Shown piece by piece: positions 27,102 through 41,520 of a stretch of 64,000 nt of DNA; the first letter of the stretch is position 1, and each line of letters begins with the position of its first letter. The DNA lies in NCBI GenBank assembly GCA_036785375.1, contig JAWMAR010001182.1, positions 124,001 to 188,000 on the forward strand. Reading direction: 5' to 3'. This DNA is from Leucoraja ocellata. Its lineage: Eukaryota. The position numbers and the translations under genes are program-made. The notes under the pieces were generated by a model that was not told the origin of the DNA, searched no databases, and saw nothing but the letters and a program-made list of their open reading frames with translations.

Positions 27102-28015
27102 TTAATTTACACCTGGTGTTCTCGATTTTATTAAACTTACAGTTAGGGTGAAGGGGTACATCAGTACCTGGAGCAGATGCTCTCTGAACCTCCTCTGGGT
27201 CACGGTGTAAATGAGCGTGTTTGTGCAGGTGTTCAACAGTTGTAGCAGAATTCCAGTTTGTTCAAAGGTTGGAAATGGGTTCTTCAACCCCCTGGACATA
27301 AATGCACTCGTAATTCGATATAAAACGAAATATGCTACATTTGTGCCCCAGAGCAGCATAAAACTGCTGGAAATTGCAAGGAGTAAAATTACGGACCGTC
27401 TGCGGTTTGCGATCTCGGGGTCCTCATTACTGAGATCGCGGAGTTTTCTGCGGACACGACTGGCCACTAAAATGCGCCTGACAGTGAGCACGTTCATCAT
27501 CATAATCAAACAAAATGGAATGACTGGGACTAGCAGCTGTTGAGTCCAGGAAAATGCTATCCACGAGGATAGGCTGTAGAAGTGATATCGTATTTGGCAA
27601 CCCCACAGTATATCCTGCTTATCCCTGACATAATAATTGTACGCAAACGGCCAGGGGACGTTCAGTAAACAGAAGAACGCAGTTAGGGTCACTATAACCA
27701 CCAGCGCGGTTCTCTCGGTGCAGTATCTGGTTCTCAGATTCTGAGTGGAAATGGCCACAAAGCGATCAAATGTGAAAGCGACCGTGAGCCAAACAGAACA
27801 GGCAACGGCCGCGGGAGCGAGGAACATAATGGACCTGCACATAGTATTGTGAAAGAGGAAAGAGTACATCCAGTAAAGGTCGGCAATCCGATGTAATATC
27901 ACTTCGCAGACGATCACGAAGAGGTCCACTGTCGCCATGGCCACCAGGTACCGAGTGGTGCATTTGGAGAGGCCACAATTTCTGCGGGACAGGATCACAA
28001 TCGCCAGCAGGTTCA
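27102..28015 (-). CDS. GPR139-like class A GPCR gene B, exon 2
   Basis: Intact paralog, about 89% aa identical to gene A by manual count; same acceptor; 914 nt. Confidence 0.93.
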
Positions 28016-29724
28016 CTGGAAAAGAGAAAACTGTCGTTACATGCAATGGAAGAGCGATGCTCATTAGGCGGCGGGGGTTAAACTTGGGTTACGCTTTGTT
28101 TATTTGTTCCAAAACAACTGGCCCACATGCACACCTGGGTGCGTGCTAAGGAGATGTGCGCATTATTTAGCAGCGGAATACGCAGGCAGCGTGAGCTGTT
28201 TCCCAGCCACCATTGATCTACCGTAGACTGCATATTGCGGCAGCATGTCCGCATCAGACATAATCGTCCTTGTAATAAACCCTTCTCGGGAACAGCCGGG
28301 CAGCAAGCAGTCGAACGTCCGATTCCCATTGATCCGCTGAAGTACTTGCCTTCATCAATGCCCCCATCCAAACACGTTGATAAACTCCTGAACCTTGCGA
28401 TCAGCACCTCAGCTTGCGAGTGGATACTCGACTTTCTGATGAACATACTTTAATCAGTGAGAATTAGTGATAACACCCCTTCCACAATCATTCTCTACAA
28501 CGGTGCCACATAAAGATGTCTGCTCCTTCCCCGACTACACCCTCTACACTCACGACCCCGCGGCCAACTGTAACTGCTCCCACAGGTTTCCAGATAATAA
28601 CAATCTCAACGTCAGTGTCAACAAGACGAAGGAGCTAGTTATCGATTTCAGGAAAATGCGGTGGATCACCGGTCACCATCAATGGTGCTGAAGTGGAGGT
28701 GGTTGAGGATTTCAAGTTCCTCGGAGTTAATATCTCATTAATATCTATCTCCGATATCCAGACCAACACCTTTACTGAGAAAACTGAGAAACTCTGACCT
28801 GCCTCTAATGACTCAAACCTTCTGCTACATATTAGCATTGAACGCTTACTGTTGAGTGTATCATTGCTTGTTGTGGGGACATCTCTGCCTTTTAAACAAT
28901 ACATTGCAGATGGTTCTGGATGAAGCCGGGTCCATATCACGATGTTGAGCCTGGGATACGGAGGCGACATGTTTAAATACATGTCTCACCCCCGCTCATT
29001 CCTTATACTTCCTGCACCCGTCGGGCAGAAGATACAGAAGGCTTAAAGCTCACATCACCAGATTCCAGAACTGCCTCCTCCCCTCTGTTGTCAGGCTTCT
29101 GAGCCGCGTTTTCATATACCAAGGTGTTGCCGTATCACCTCTACCCCCTTGCTGACATTGGGCTTTATGCGCGACCATACTTGAACTGTGCTCTGCATTC
29201 CGATTTCACCCTTTACATTACCTGTTGCTGAGATTGAATTGTTAGTACTGGTATTTAATATTATTTGATCTGATTGGATTGTTTGCAAACCAAAGCTTTT
29301 TGCAACTCCCGGAGAGACATGACTACAATGCACGTAAATCTGAATCTGAAGAGAATTAACCTGTGCCAGATCCAATGAACGACCAACGATCAAGTATATT
29401 AACAAAGGAATAGGTGACGTTTCGGATCGAGACCCTTCAGACTGATCGCTCTCGACCCGAAACGTCAGCTATTCCTTCGCTTCTCAGATGCTGCTTCATC
29501 CGCTGAGGTTCTACAGCATTTTTGTGCGGCTTCGATTTCTCCAGCAAATGCAGTTCTTTCTGATGCAAGTATATCAACATGTTCTGGTTAATACCGCCCT
29601 AACCTGAAGAATGCAGTCTTGCATTCCCGTGTCTCGCACACTATTTTCACTTTACCTTTAACATTGTCTTTATCAACACAGCATCCCACATCTCAGTCCC
29701 ACTTACTGCATTCCATTGACCTAC

Positions 29725-29794
29725 CGGGTACGCCGATTGCTGCCAGAATTGGATAATAATAATATTCAACTGTCAAGTGCCGCTTCCAACTCAT
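29725..29794 (-). CDS. GPR139-like GPCR gene B, exon 1 (MSWKRHLTVEYYYYPILAAIGVP)
   Basis: ATG at 29794, 70 nt, GTAGGT donor, phase 1. Confidence 0.88.
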
Positions 29795-32700
29795 TGTTCC
29801 TTCAAGCCGTCCGCAGTTATGCAGTGCAAAATTTGTGAGAAAGTCAAAGTGAGAAGTCAAACAGCGCTATCTTTATATTCCTGGAAAAAAGTGAAGTACT
29901 GCGTGCGTTCACCTCCCCGCGGACATTTATTTTGGACCGATGAGCAAATAGTTTGCTCCCATGTGATGCAAAGCGATCAAACTCATTATGCGACCGCTCC
30001 CTACTCAGGCACCAGCTGAGCACCAACAGAACAAAGGAATTGTAAAATACGAGTGAACATTCTATTTTTAAATGTTAACGCGTGGCACACAGATGCAGCA
30101 AAATCCATGTGATGTAGCATTTGTCCACACATGCTGCGATGTAATACAGTATTTCATTTGTAGCATTTGTAATGCATTTTCCAGACACCGTTCCATTCAT
30201 TTAACATGCACCCATTAATAATTTGATCTTGCGTTTCGTGGAGCTGCCTTTCAAAAGGAAAGATTATCATTTTTGGGCAGGGTCTAAATGATGTAAACCA
30301 CATGGAACCTTCCAGAAGACTTCGTATACATTCAGATACAACAGCAGCATTAATGTCTTTCAACTGTTGGCACCGCATGAAGTAAAGGATAGGCGAATAT
30401 AATGTGTAACGTGACAACTGACTGGAAATAAACAGCGGCTAGAAATATTCTTGATCAACAGGTTATGTTTAAAGAAACGTGTTAATTCGTAAAACACAGA
30501 GGTGAACAGCTTTTGATGTTACTCCAGATATTAGGGCGAAATCTTCTCAATGCATAGATCCGTTGGAGATATCAAGAATGTTGATGTGCAAGATGATAGA
30601 ACCGATCGAATCCGTTAAGGAGACTCTGACCGGCTGTACATGTTTGGGGATAGATAATTTTGAAGAAAGTCTTGACCTACGAAGAAAATGTCATGTTTGC
30701 TGCACTCAAACTCAGCAATTCAAAGAAAAAAAATCTTCACAGAGCAGTACAGCACAGGAAGAGGGATATTATTTTTCAAAATAATTCATTAAGGATCCAT
30801 TTAAACTAGGGAGTATGCAACTCTCCTCACACGAATGTTACTAATATTGGACAGTGCGAATTATGAGATGGACTGGATAATGCAGAAGCTTTTTCTCTCT
30901 GCAGCGAACAAAACAGGAGGAATTATGGAGAATTAAAACATGACAAGGTCATCAATTGAGGTGTTATATTTTGTTCCTAAGATATAGGTCTCTACAAGAG
31001 GCAGGAGTCTAAAATAAGTAAATATTTAAAGGGCACGCAGGGCCAACTCTCCCTCACGGGAGGGGCAGGTATATTGAACCAACTCTCATTGTAAGTGGTA
31101 GTTGCATGTCACACAGCACAGAAACAGGGCCTTTTCTCCATCTTGTTCATGAACAATTTGAAATTTGAATGTGGATGGTAGGATTCTTTCCCCTCAGCCA
31201 GCTTGATGTGTGGGCTTATTTCACTGCAGGAGTCGTACGCAGTTGGGTATAAGTGGAGTTTAACAATCTGGTCTGGGACGTTGGCGAGACCGCACGTGCG
31301 ATGTTCTCCAAATCGCAATATGTTCGCATTGATACCATTAATCTGGGGAGTGGCAGCGTATTAACGACAACGTTTTTGCAGGACTGGAGACGTTCAATTC
31401 CGAGAGAGACTGTATAGGTCAGGATATTTTAATTCTCTGGAGCGAACGATGTGGTGAATTGACATTTCACGTTGTGGACGTTACCACGAGAGACAATATA
31501 ATCAAGACAGACGTCGATATGCCGAATTTTCTTCCAAATTAGCAGAAAGATAGATTTAGTAACGTTGACGACTCGGATGTTAACTCCAGAAACGTATGCT
31601 TTGCACAAGCGGAAAGTGACTTGTTGTTCTTCCATCTTGGCATAGAGTTCTAGTGTCATACATCGTGAAAAATAGTCCTCCGGCACAACCTGCCCACGAT
31701 GACCAATGAACCCCATCTGCACACCCCACCTGCCTACGAGTGGCCATATTCCTGTGAACATATCTTATCCATGTACCTGTCGCATTATTTCTTAAACGTT
31801 GCAACAGTACCTGCCTCAACTACATCCTTGAAGACTGGGTCCAAGAAGACTGAAAAAAGTGAATTTATTAAGGGGAACAAGAAAATGGCAGACGGGTTGA
31901 ACAGTTACTTTGGATCTGTCATCACTAGGGAGGACACAAGCAATGTTCCTGATGTAGTAGTAGCCAGAGGATCTGGGTTAACGAAGGAACTGAAGGAAAT
32001 CCACATCAGGCATGACATGGTGTTGGGTTGACTGATGGAACTGAAGGCTGATAAAGCCCCAAGGCCTGATAGTCTGCATCCCAGGGTACTTAAGGAAATG
32101 GCTCTAGAAATCGTGGTTGCATTGGTGATAATTTTCCAATGTTCCATAGATTCAGGATCAGTTCCTGTGGATTGGAGCGTAGCTAATGTTTTCCAACTTT
32201 TTAAGAAAGTCGGGAGAGATAAAACAGGGAATTGTAGACCAGTTAGCCTGACATCGGTGGTGGGGAAGATGCTGGAATCAATTATAAAAGACTAAATAGC
32301 CGCACATTTCGATAGCAGTAACATGATCGGTCCGAGTCAGCATGGATTTACGAAGGGGAAATCACGCTTGACTAATGTTCTCGATTTTTTTTAAGGAAGG
32401 TAGTAGGACAATGGACAAGGGAGAGCCTGTGCGTGTAGTGTAACTGGTCATTCATTTGTTTTGTTTTTTGTATAGTATTGTTTGTGTAATTGTATTTGTT
32501 TAGTTTACTTGAACTACACCAAACTAATGTAAAATAACTAAACTACAACGCTGCACAGACTGGTGACCGGCAACAAGGCCATTAGTGAATGACTGCCAAT
32601 TCAGCAAGATGGAGAAATTAATAAGAACAGCTTGTTTTACAGCCGCAGTTGCTCAGTTGCGCATGGTGGCTGGATTAGCGGGTATTAGATACAGGGGGAG

Positions 32701-33626
32701 ATTGGTCATATTTGGATTTTTATCCCACTGGAACGTCGGAGATTGCGGGTACAACTGGTTTAAGTTATGTAAACTTATGAGACCCGGTAGATTGTCAGAA
32801 TGTTGATTTTCCCAGAATGGAAAAAACTGTATCGAAGAGGGCACAGCTTTATGCTAAGAAGGGCAACATTTAAAGAACATGTGCGGCGCAAGGTTTTACA
32901 CAAAGTGTGGCGAGTGTTTATAACGCGCTGCTGGTTAAGGCGGATACGATAGTAGAATGTAAAATAGTTTTGGATGGAGATATGATTCTGCAGGGAATGG
33001 AAGGATATTGATTACGCGCAGGTAGATCGGAACTGGTCTTGGTATCGGGTCGACAGGAATGTTGTGAACTCAAAATCTGTTCTTCAACTGATCCATCTAA
33101 ATGCTGACCCGAGCACCATGTTTGATCGGGCTATGCTGGCTTCACCTTTCATTAAACCTTGTTCCCTTATCATGTATCTTTAATACTGCGAATGGCTCGA
33201 TTACAATAATGTGCTGTCTTTCTGCTGTCTGGATAGCACGCAACAAAAGCTTTCCAATGTACCTCGGTACACGAGGCAATAAACTAAACTGAACGTTCTT
33301 TTGCTGTATGTTCTATGTTCTAAGTTCCAATACAGACAGAGTCTGGACCAGGTTTAGGAAGTTTGGTATTAATTTCGCAATGGCTAACAGGAAGTCCGAA
33401 GAGGTGCAGTGATTGTGAACGTGATTGCGCCTGCTATTAAACGAAGTATTTCATTTTCAGGCAATGGCTGAACCCTGCATGTTTGGCTTATACAGCAGAA
33501 CATGCGCCGAATTTGGACCAGCTGCAATAGGGCGTAGTTTAATAAAATACAAAATACCGCAGATACTGAACATGTACAACTGCTCAGAAAAGAAAAGAAA
33601 TCTCCAACGGCAAGGCAGCAGTTGTA

Positions 33627-34111
33627 ATAATAATAATAATGTTTATTTATATAGCACTTTTCAACGAAACCAGTATTTGAACCAAAGTGCTTTACAGTGA
33701 TTGATTACATTAATTGAACAGATCAAATGTCAATAAATCCATACAAAACAAAAAAGAGAAAAAGAAAAAAAGACACAGAACAGTACACTATAGTAATCAA
33801 CATGAAACGTCCCCCCACAGCAGAATTCACTGTGAGGGAAGGCACTAAAAATATCCAGTTCTCCCCCTCATAGTCCACCCGAGGTCGGGGTCTATATGTG
33901 GCCTCCTCAGCCAACTCGATGTTCTCAGGCCCTCTGCCGCGAAGCTGGATCATCGGCGTCGGGTGAACATTCTTCAGCGGCCTGGGCTGAAGCGGCCGCT
34001 TCCTCCCTGAAGACTGCAATGTCCAAAGTTCTCAGGCCGCGCTGGCCGGACATCTGACACTGGAGAACTCGGACACCAGGCCCCGCGGTGTTGAAATCCA
34101 GTGCCGCCCGC
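33627..34111 (-). mobile_element. Unit-specific retroposon-like insertion with (TAA)n end
   Basis: Interrupts gcagttgt|aagg, which is contiguous at about 4810 and 18490. Confidence 0.65.
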
Positions 34112-34656
34112 AAGGTGAAAAATACATTTAATGTCCAAGGCTAATTATTTTTCTACAAAACGGAATTCGCCAGTTGCAATCAGTAAAGTGTATTTGAATG
34201 GTGACTGAACAGAGATTGGCATAATATTAGCAATACAAATACATTCATGTACTGAAGAGAGAGTTCGGTCCTAATGTTAAAAAGCAGATTCGATGAAATA
34301 AAGCTTTGGGGCACTGTCATATTCGGCAGCGTTTCTACAGCTGCACCTCTGTTGTTGCAGATACACATTGACCATGACGGGTTACCGAGGATTTATCAGC
34401 CCCCAGAAGTTGCGCAACTTATTTCAATACAGGAATAAAAACACCAGGTTTAGTCGATTTAGTCCAAGATCTATTTATTATTAACACTCAAATTATGAAT
34501 ACTTAGGAATGTGTTGGCGAAGTTAACCAGGTGGATATGTCTTCGTCGTTGAAGAACTCTGAACACGAGCAATATGAAACAAGCAAGAGATTCTGTTTCA
34601 ACAATTTTAATTATTCAATGTGACCAAGGTGCTCTTGATCAACTCGAATCAATCCC

Positions 34657-37320
34657 ATATAACCATATAACCATATAACAATTACAGCACGGAAACAGGC
34701 CATCTCGGCCCTACAAGTCCATGCCGAACAATTTTTTTCCCCTTAGTCCCACCTGCCTGCACTCGTACCATAACCCTCCATTCCCTTCTCATCCATATGC
34801 CTATCCAATTTATTTTTAAATGATACCAATGAACCTGCCTCCACCACTTCCACTGGGAGCTCATTCCACACCGCCACCACTCTCTGCGTAAAGAAGTTCC
34901 CCCTCATATTACCCCTAAACTTCTGTCCCTTAATTCTGAAGTCATGTCCTCTTGTTTGAATCTTCCCTATTCTCAAAGGGAAAAGCTTGTCCACATCAAA
35001 TATGTCTATCCCTCTCATCATTTTAAAGACCTATATCAGGTCCCCCCTTAACCTTCTGCGCTCCAAAGAATAAAGCCCTAACTTGTTCAACCTTTCTCTG
35101 TAACTTAGTTGCTGAAACCCAGGCAACATTCTAGTAAATCTCCTCTGTACTCTCTCTATTTTGTTGACATCCTTCCTATAATTTGGCGACCAAAATTGTA
35201 CACCATACTCCAGATTTGGCCTCACCAATGCCTTGTACAATTTTAACATTACATCCCAGCTTCTATACTCAACGCTCTGATTTATAAAGGCTAGCATACC
35301 AAAAGCTTTCTTTACCACCCTATCTATATGAGATTCCACCTTCAAGGAACTATGCACGGTTATACCCAGATCCCTCTGTTCAACTGTATTCTTCAATTCC
35401 CTACCATTTACCATGTACCTCCTATTTTGATTTGTCCTGCCAAGGTGTAGCACCTCACATTTATCAGCATTAAACTCCATCTGCCATCTTTCAGCCCATT
35501 TTTCCAAATGGCCTAAATCACTCTGTAGACTTTGGAAATCCTCTTCATTATCCACAACACCCCCTATCTTGGTATCATCTGCATACTTACTAATCCAATT
35601 TACCACACCTTCATCCAGATCATTGATGTACATGACAAACAACAAAGGACCCAACACAGATCCCCGAGGCACCCCGCTAGTCACCTGCCTCCAACCCGAT
35701 AAACAGCCATCCACCATTACCCTCTGGCTTCTCCCATTCAGCCACTGTTGAATCCATCTTGCTATTCCTGCATTTATACCCAACAGTTGAACCTTCTTAA
35801 CCAACCTTCCATGAGGAACCTTGTCAAAGGCCTTACTAAAGTCCATATAGACAACATCCACTGCTTTACGCTCGTCAATTTCCCTAGTAACCTCTTCAAA
35901 AAATTCAAGAAGATTAGTCAAACATGACCTTCCAGGCACAAATCCATGTTGACTGTTCCTAATCAGACCCTGTTTATCTAGATGCTTATATATATTATCT
36001 CTAAGTATCTTTTCCATTAATTTGCCCACCACTGAAGTCAAACTAACAGGTCTATAATTGCTAGGTTTACTCTTAGAACCCTTTTTAAACAATGGAACAA
36101 CATGCGCAGTACGCCAATCCTCGGGGACTATTCCCGTTCCTAATGACATTTGAAATATTTCTGTCATAGCCCCGGCTATTTCTACACTAACTTCCCTCAA
36201 TGTCCTAGGGAATATCCTGTCAGGACCTGGAGACTTATCCACTTTTATATTTTTCAAAAGTGTCAGTACTTATTTTACTTTGAACCTCATAGTATCCATA
36301 GCTACTCTACTAGTTTCCCTTACCTCACATAATTCAATATCCTTCTCCTTGGTTAATACCGAAGAAAAAAAATTGTTCAATATCTCCCCCATCTCTTTTG
36401 GCTCTGCAGATAGCTGTCCACTCTGTCTCTCCAATGGACCAATTTTGTCCCTCCTTATCCTTTTGCTATTAATATAGCTGTAGAAACCCTTTGGATTGAC
36501 TTTCACCTTACTTGCCAAAGCAACCTCATATCTTCTTTTAGCTTTTCTAATTTCTTTCTTAAGATTCTTTTTACATTCCTTATACTCCTCAAGCACCTCA
36601 TTTACTTCATGCTGCCTATAATTATTGTAGATCTCCCTCTTTTTCCGAACAAGATGTCCAATTTCCCTTGAAAACCAGGGCTCTTTCCAATTTTTACTGT
36701 TTCCTTTCAACCGAACAGGAACATAAAGATTATGTACTCTTAAAATTTCCCCTTTAAATGTCCTCCATTTCTCTTCTACATCTTTCCCATAAAACAAAAT
36801 GTCCCAGTTCACTCCTTTTAAATCATCTCGCATCGCATCAAAGTTAGCCTTTCTCCAATCAAAAATCTCAACCCTAGGTCCAGTTCTGACCCTCTCCATA
36901 GTTATATTGAAACTAATGGTATTGTGATCACTGGACCCGAAGTGCTCCCCAACGCATACCTCCGCCACCTGTCCAGTCTCATTTCCTAACAGGAGGTCCA
37001 GCACTGCCCCTCCTCTAGTAGGTACCTCTATGTGTTGCTGCAAAAAACTATCCTGCACACATTTTACAAACTCCAACCCATCCAGCCCATTTACAGAATG
37101 TGTTTCCCAGTCTATGTGTGGAAAGTTGAAATCTCCCACAATCACTACCTTGTGCTTACTACTAATCTCTGCTATCTCCTTACATATTTGCTCTTCCAGT
37201 TCTCGTTCCCCGTTTGGCGGTCTATAATACACCCCTATAAGTGTTGCTACAACTTTCCCACTTCTCAATTCCACCCAAATAGCCTCCCTAGATGAGCCCT
37301 CCAATCTATCATGCCAAAGC
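34657..37320 (-). mobile_element. Young 5'-truncated CR1 LINE (partial APE, complete RT, 3' UTR, 8-nt tail repeat)
   Basis: ORFs 36270-37304, 35031-36257 and 34743-35021 share one frame separated by two stops; YADD motif; (ATATAACC)n tail; empty sites at about 5352 and 19030. Confidence 0.97.
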
Positions 37321-38780
37321 CTCCCCGCATATATTTCTGTCTGCGATTTAATAGGATTTGTGTTGAGAACAAACTAGTTTTTCATCTTTTGTTCTTTCAA
37401 TCTAAAAAGTACTTGGAAGAATAAAGAATTGTGAAGAGGAAGACAGAAACATATCATTATCTTTACTTCCGGTGACAACTCTTCCATCTGCTAGTTACAT
37501 TTCAGTTACACGATACTGACTTTGAAAGGGAAACAATCTAATTCGAGCCGTTTCTGAAGAGAGCGAATTATAAAGTGAACTATAATACATTGCTTGAGTT
37601 TCCTTAAGTTTGGTTTACAGAGTGAAAACTGTCCCTTCGCTCCATCACGTCCGCGCCGTCCGGCAAGTACCCGCACACAGCCTCTCTCCTGTACACAGGA
37701 ACAGTTACAGAGACCAATTAAACGGCAAACCTGCATGTGTCTCGAATGTGTCCAAAGCGCGGCCAAATTTGATTTAGCCGCAGCCAAACCCAGCAGTAGG
37801 CAGCCCACCGCCGACAGAGTATCACCGGCTTGGCCAGACCTCTATCGCCTAAAAAGGATGACCAGCCCGGTATGACTGCTTCGCCCGCTGCAGAACGGGG
37901 ACGGGGACCACGCGCCGCAGCGGTAATGTTGCTGTCCGAAACAGCCAGAGATCCGGGTTTGATCCTGATCACGGTTGTTCCCGGCACGGAATTTGTCCGT
38001 TATCCGCGTGGCGAGTTGTCCGTTCTCCAAGAAGCGTTTTGTCCTGGTCTCTTCGAATACTCCAAAGACGTATCAGTTTGTAGTTTCGGTAAAATGGTAA
38101 AATATCTCCAGTGCGCAGAATTGTGTTAGTGTGCGGGAATCGCTGAGCAACGCGGACTTTATGAGCCGAGGGGCCTGTTTCCGCGCTGTATCCCTAAACG
38201 AAATGTATGTGTTTATATGCATATTATTGCACAAATTATAGTAGGAGAAGCTGTTTACAAGATGTGAATCAAGTATTGTGGTCTGGGTACTTACATGGAA
38301 AATAGATGGCCGCAAATAGAAAAGAGTGGTGGGCATGGAACGGTTGTGGAACGGAATTGTGGACCTATTGGCATTGAGAGCTGAAGGCTTGGCTGTTGCA
38401 TTCAAAGTATGGAGGGTTTGATTGTAAATAATGTTATGGAAAGATTTGTGCAGAAGTTGCCGCCAAGTTAAAAGTCACCAATCAACCCTGACCCTCATAA
38501 ATATCTTAGCTGGCACTAACAACAGAAAGATTCCTTGTTTTTCGTAATCAGTTACATTTTATATTGGAAGCCTCTTCCATCATTCTCAATGTCTTCCCAA
38601 CTGCGGAGTTCTACGCACGATGCACACGAGTCCGAGAATCATCCTTTCAAGCTGTTTCCCTTTGATTTCATTCTCAACACTTCGCATCTGCAGAACTTCA
38701 GCGTTTACCTGGGGTAATGGCTTGGGAGATAAATGCCAGACCAATTTGCTGTATGACCAATCACAAACGCGAACCTTCTC

Positions 38781-40430
38781 CATGTAACAATTACTGCATG
38801 GAAACAGGCCATCCCGGCCCTACAAGTCCGTGCCGAACAATTATTTTCCCTTAGTTCTACCTGCCTGCACTCATACCATAACCCTCCATTCCCTTCTCAT
38901 CCATATGCCTATCCAATTTATTTTTAAATTATACCAACGAACGTGCCTCCACCACTTCCACTGGAAGCTCATTCCACACCGCTACCACTCTCTGAGTAAA
39001 GAAGTTCCCCCTTATCCTTAAACTGTGACCCCTTGTTCTGGACTCCCCCAAAATCGGGAACAATCTAGCCTGTCCAACCCGTTATGGATGTTGTAAGTTT
39101 CTATAAGATCCCCCCTCAATCTTCAAAATTCTAGCGAGTACAAGCCGAGTCTATCCAGTCGTGCTTCATATGGAAGTCCTGCCATCCCATGAATCAGTGT
39201 GGTGAACCTTCTCTGTACTCCCTCTATGGCAAGAATGTATTTCCTCAGAATAGGAGACCAAAACTGTACGGAATACTCCAGGTGTGGTCTCACCTAGGCC
39301 CTGTACAGCTGCGGTAGAACCTCCCTGCTCCTATTCTCAAAATCTTTTTGCTATGAATGCCAACATACAATTCGCCTTCTTCACTGCCTGCTGCACCTGC
39401 ATGCCTACTTTCAATGACTGGTGTACCATGACACCCAGGTCTCGTTGCATATCCCCTTTTCCTAATCGACCACCATTCAGGTAATAGTCTACTTACCTGT
39501 TCTTGCCACTAAAGTGGATAACCTCACATTTATCCACATTATACTGCATCTGCCATGCATTTGCCCAATCGCCCAGCCTATCCAAGTTACCTTGCAGCGT
39601 CCTAGCATCCTCCTCACAGTAATACAGCCCCCCCCCCCCCCCCCCCCCCCCCCAGCTTCGTGTGATCCACAAACTTGGAGACGTTGCATTTAATTCCCTC
39701 ATCCAAAACATGTATATATATAGTCAATAGCTGGGGTCTCAGCACTGAGCCATGCGGTACCTCACTAGTCACTGCCTGCCATTCTGAAAAGGACCCGTTT
39801 ACTCCTACAGTTTGCTTCCCGTCTGCCAAGAAGTTATCTATCCACATCAATACTGAAGCCCCAATACAGTGTGCTTTAAGTTTGCGTACTAATCTCTTAT
39901 GTGGGACCTTGTCGAAAGCCTTCTGAAAGTCCAGATATGACACATTCACTGGATCTCCCTTATCCACTCTACTAGTTACATCCTCGAAAAATTATATAAG
40001 ATTCGTCAGACATGATTTACCTTTCATAAATCCATGCTGACTGTCCAATGATTTCTCCACTTTCCAAATGTGCTGCTATCCCATCTTTAATAATTGACTC
40101 TAGCATTTACCCCACTACCGATGTTAGACTAACTTGTCTGTAATTCCCCGTTTTCTCGCTCCCTCCCTTTTTAAAATGTGGGGTTACATTAGCTACCCGC
40201 CAATCCTCAGGAACAACTCCAGAATCTGAAGAGTTTTGAAAAATTATCACTAATGCATCCACTATTTCTGGGGCTACATCCTTTAGCACTCTACGATGCA
40301 GCCTATCTGGCCCTGGGGATTTATCGGCCTTTAATCCATTCAATTTCCCGAGTAACATGCATTTCACTCCGCTCCTCCATCTTATTTGATCGCCGGTCCC
40401 CTGCTATTCCGGCAAATTAATTATGTCTTC
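38781..40430 (-). mobile_element. Fused CR1: young 3' end joined to older CR1 RT half
   Basis: 38781-39010 matches 6800-7030, then the sequence jumps to match 10510 onward. Confidence 0.88.
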
Positions 40431-41520
40431 CTTATCCCACTTTTCAAGAAAGGAGCGAGAGAGAAAATGGGGAATTACAGACCAGTTAGCCTGACTTCGG
40501 TGGTGGATAAGATGCTGAGTCAATTACTAAAGAGGTAATAATGGGGCAGTTGGATAGCAAAAGGATTAGTCCAAGTATACATGGATTTATGAAAGGGATT
40601 TTTTTGAGGTTGTGACAAGTTAAATGGTTGGAGGGGATCCATTGGATGTAGAGTATCTAGACTTCCAGAAAGCCTTTGATAAGGTGCCGCACGGGAGACT
40701 GGTGACTAAAATTAGAGCACATGGTATTGGGGATAGGGTGTTGACATGGATAGAAAATTGATTGGCAGACAGGAAGCAAAGAGTAGGAGTGAACGGGGCA
40801 TTTTCAGAATGGCAGGCAGTGGCGAGTGAAGTGCCTCAAGTCTCGGTGTTGGGGCCGCAACTTTTCACCGTATATATTAATGATTTGGAAGAGGGAATTA
40901 GGAGCAACACTACCAGGTTTGCAGATGACACAAAGCTGTGTGGCAGTGTGAACAGTGAAGAGGATGTTAGGAGGTTGCAGGGTGACCTGGACAGGTAGAG
41001 TGAATCGGCAGTTGCGTGGCAAATGCAGTATAATATAGATAAATATGAGGTTATCCACTTTGCCGGCAAAAGCAAGGGAGCAGATTATTATCTCAATGGG
41101 TTTTGGTTAGGGGGGGGGTGGGGGGGGTGCATCGAGACCTGGGCGGCCTTGTACACCAGTCATTGAACGTTGGCGTTCAGGTACAGGAGGCGGTGAAGAA
41201 AGCTAATGGAATGTTGGCCTTCATAACAAGAGGATTTCAGTATCGGAGTAAAGAGGTTCTTCTGCAGTTGTGTAGAGCTCTGGTAAGGCCATATCTGGAG
41301 TATTGTGTGTAGTTTTGGTCTCCTAAATTGAGGAAGGATATCCTTGTGATTGACGCATTTCAGCGCAGGTTCACGAGATTGATCCCTGAGATGGCGGGAC
41401 TGTCATATGAGGAAAGATTGAAAAGACTGGGCTTGTATTCATTGAAGTTTAGAAAGATGAGGGGGGGGGGGGGGGGGTCTTATAGAAACATATACAATTA
41501 TAAATGGACAAGCTAGATGG
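40430..41520 (+). mobile_element. CR1 RT fragment, degraded
   Basis: Duplicate of 11880-12970; FADDTKL. Confidence 0.9.

Noticed and set aside
35031-36257. 408-aa reverse transcriptase ORF as a domesticated gene
   Set aside because: Part of a 5'-truncated CR1 with flanking in-frame stops, a tail repeat and empty paralogous sites.
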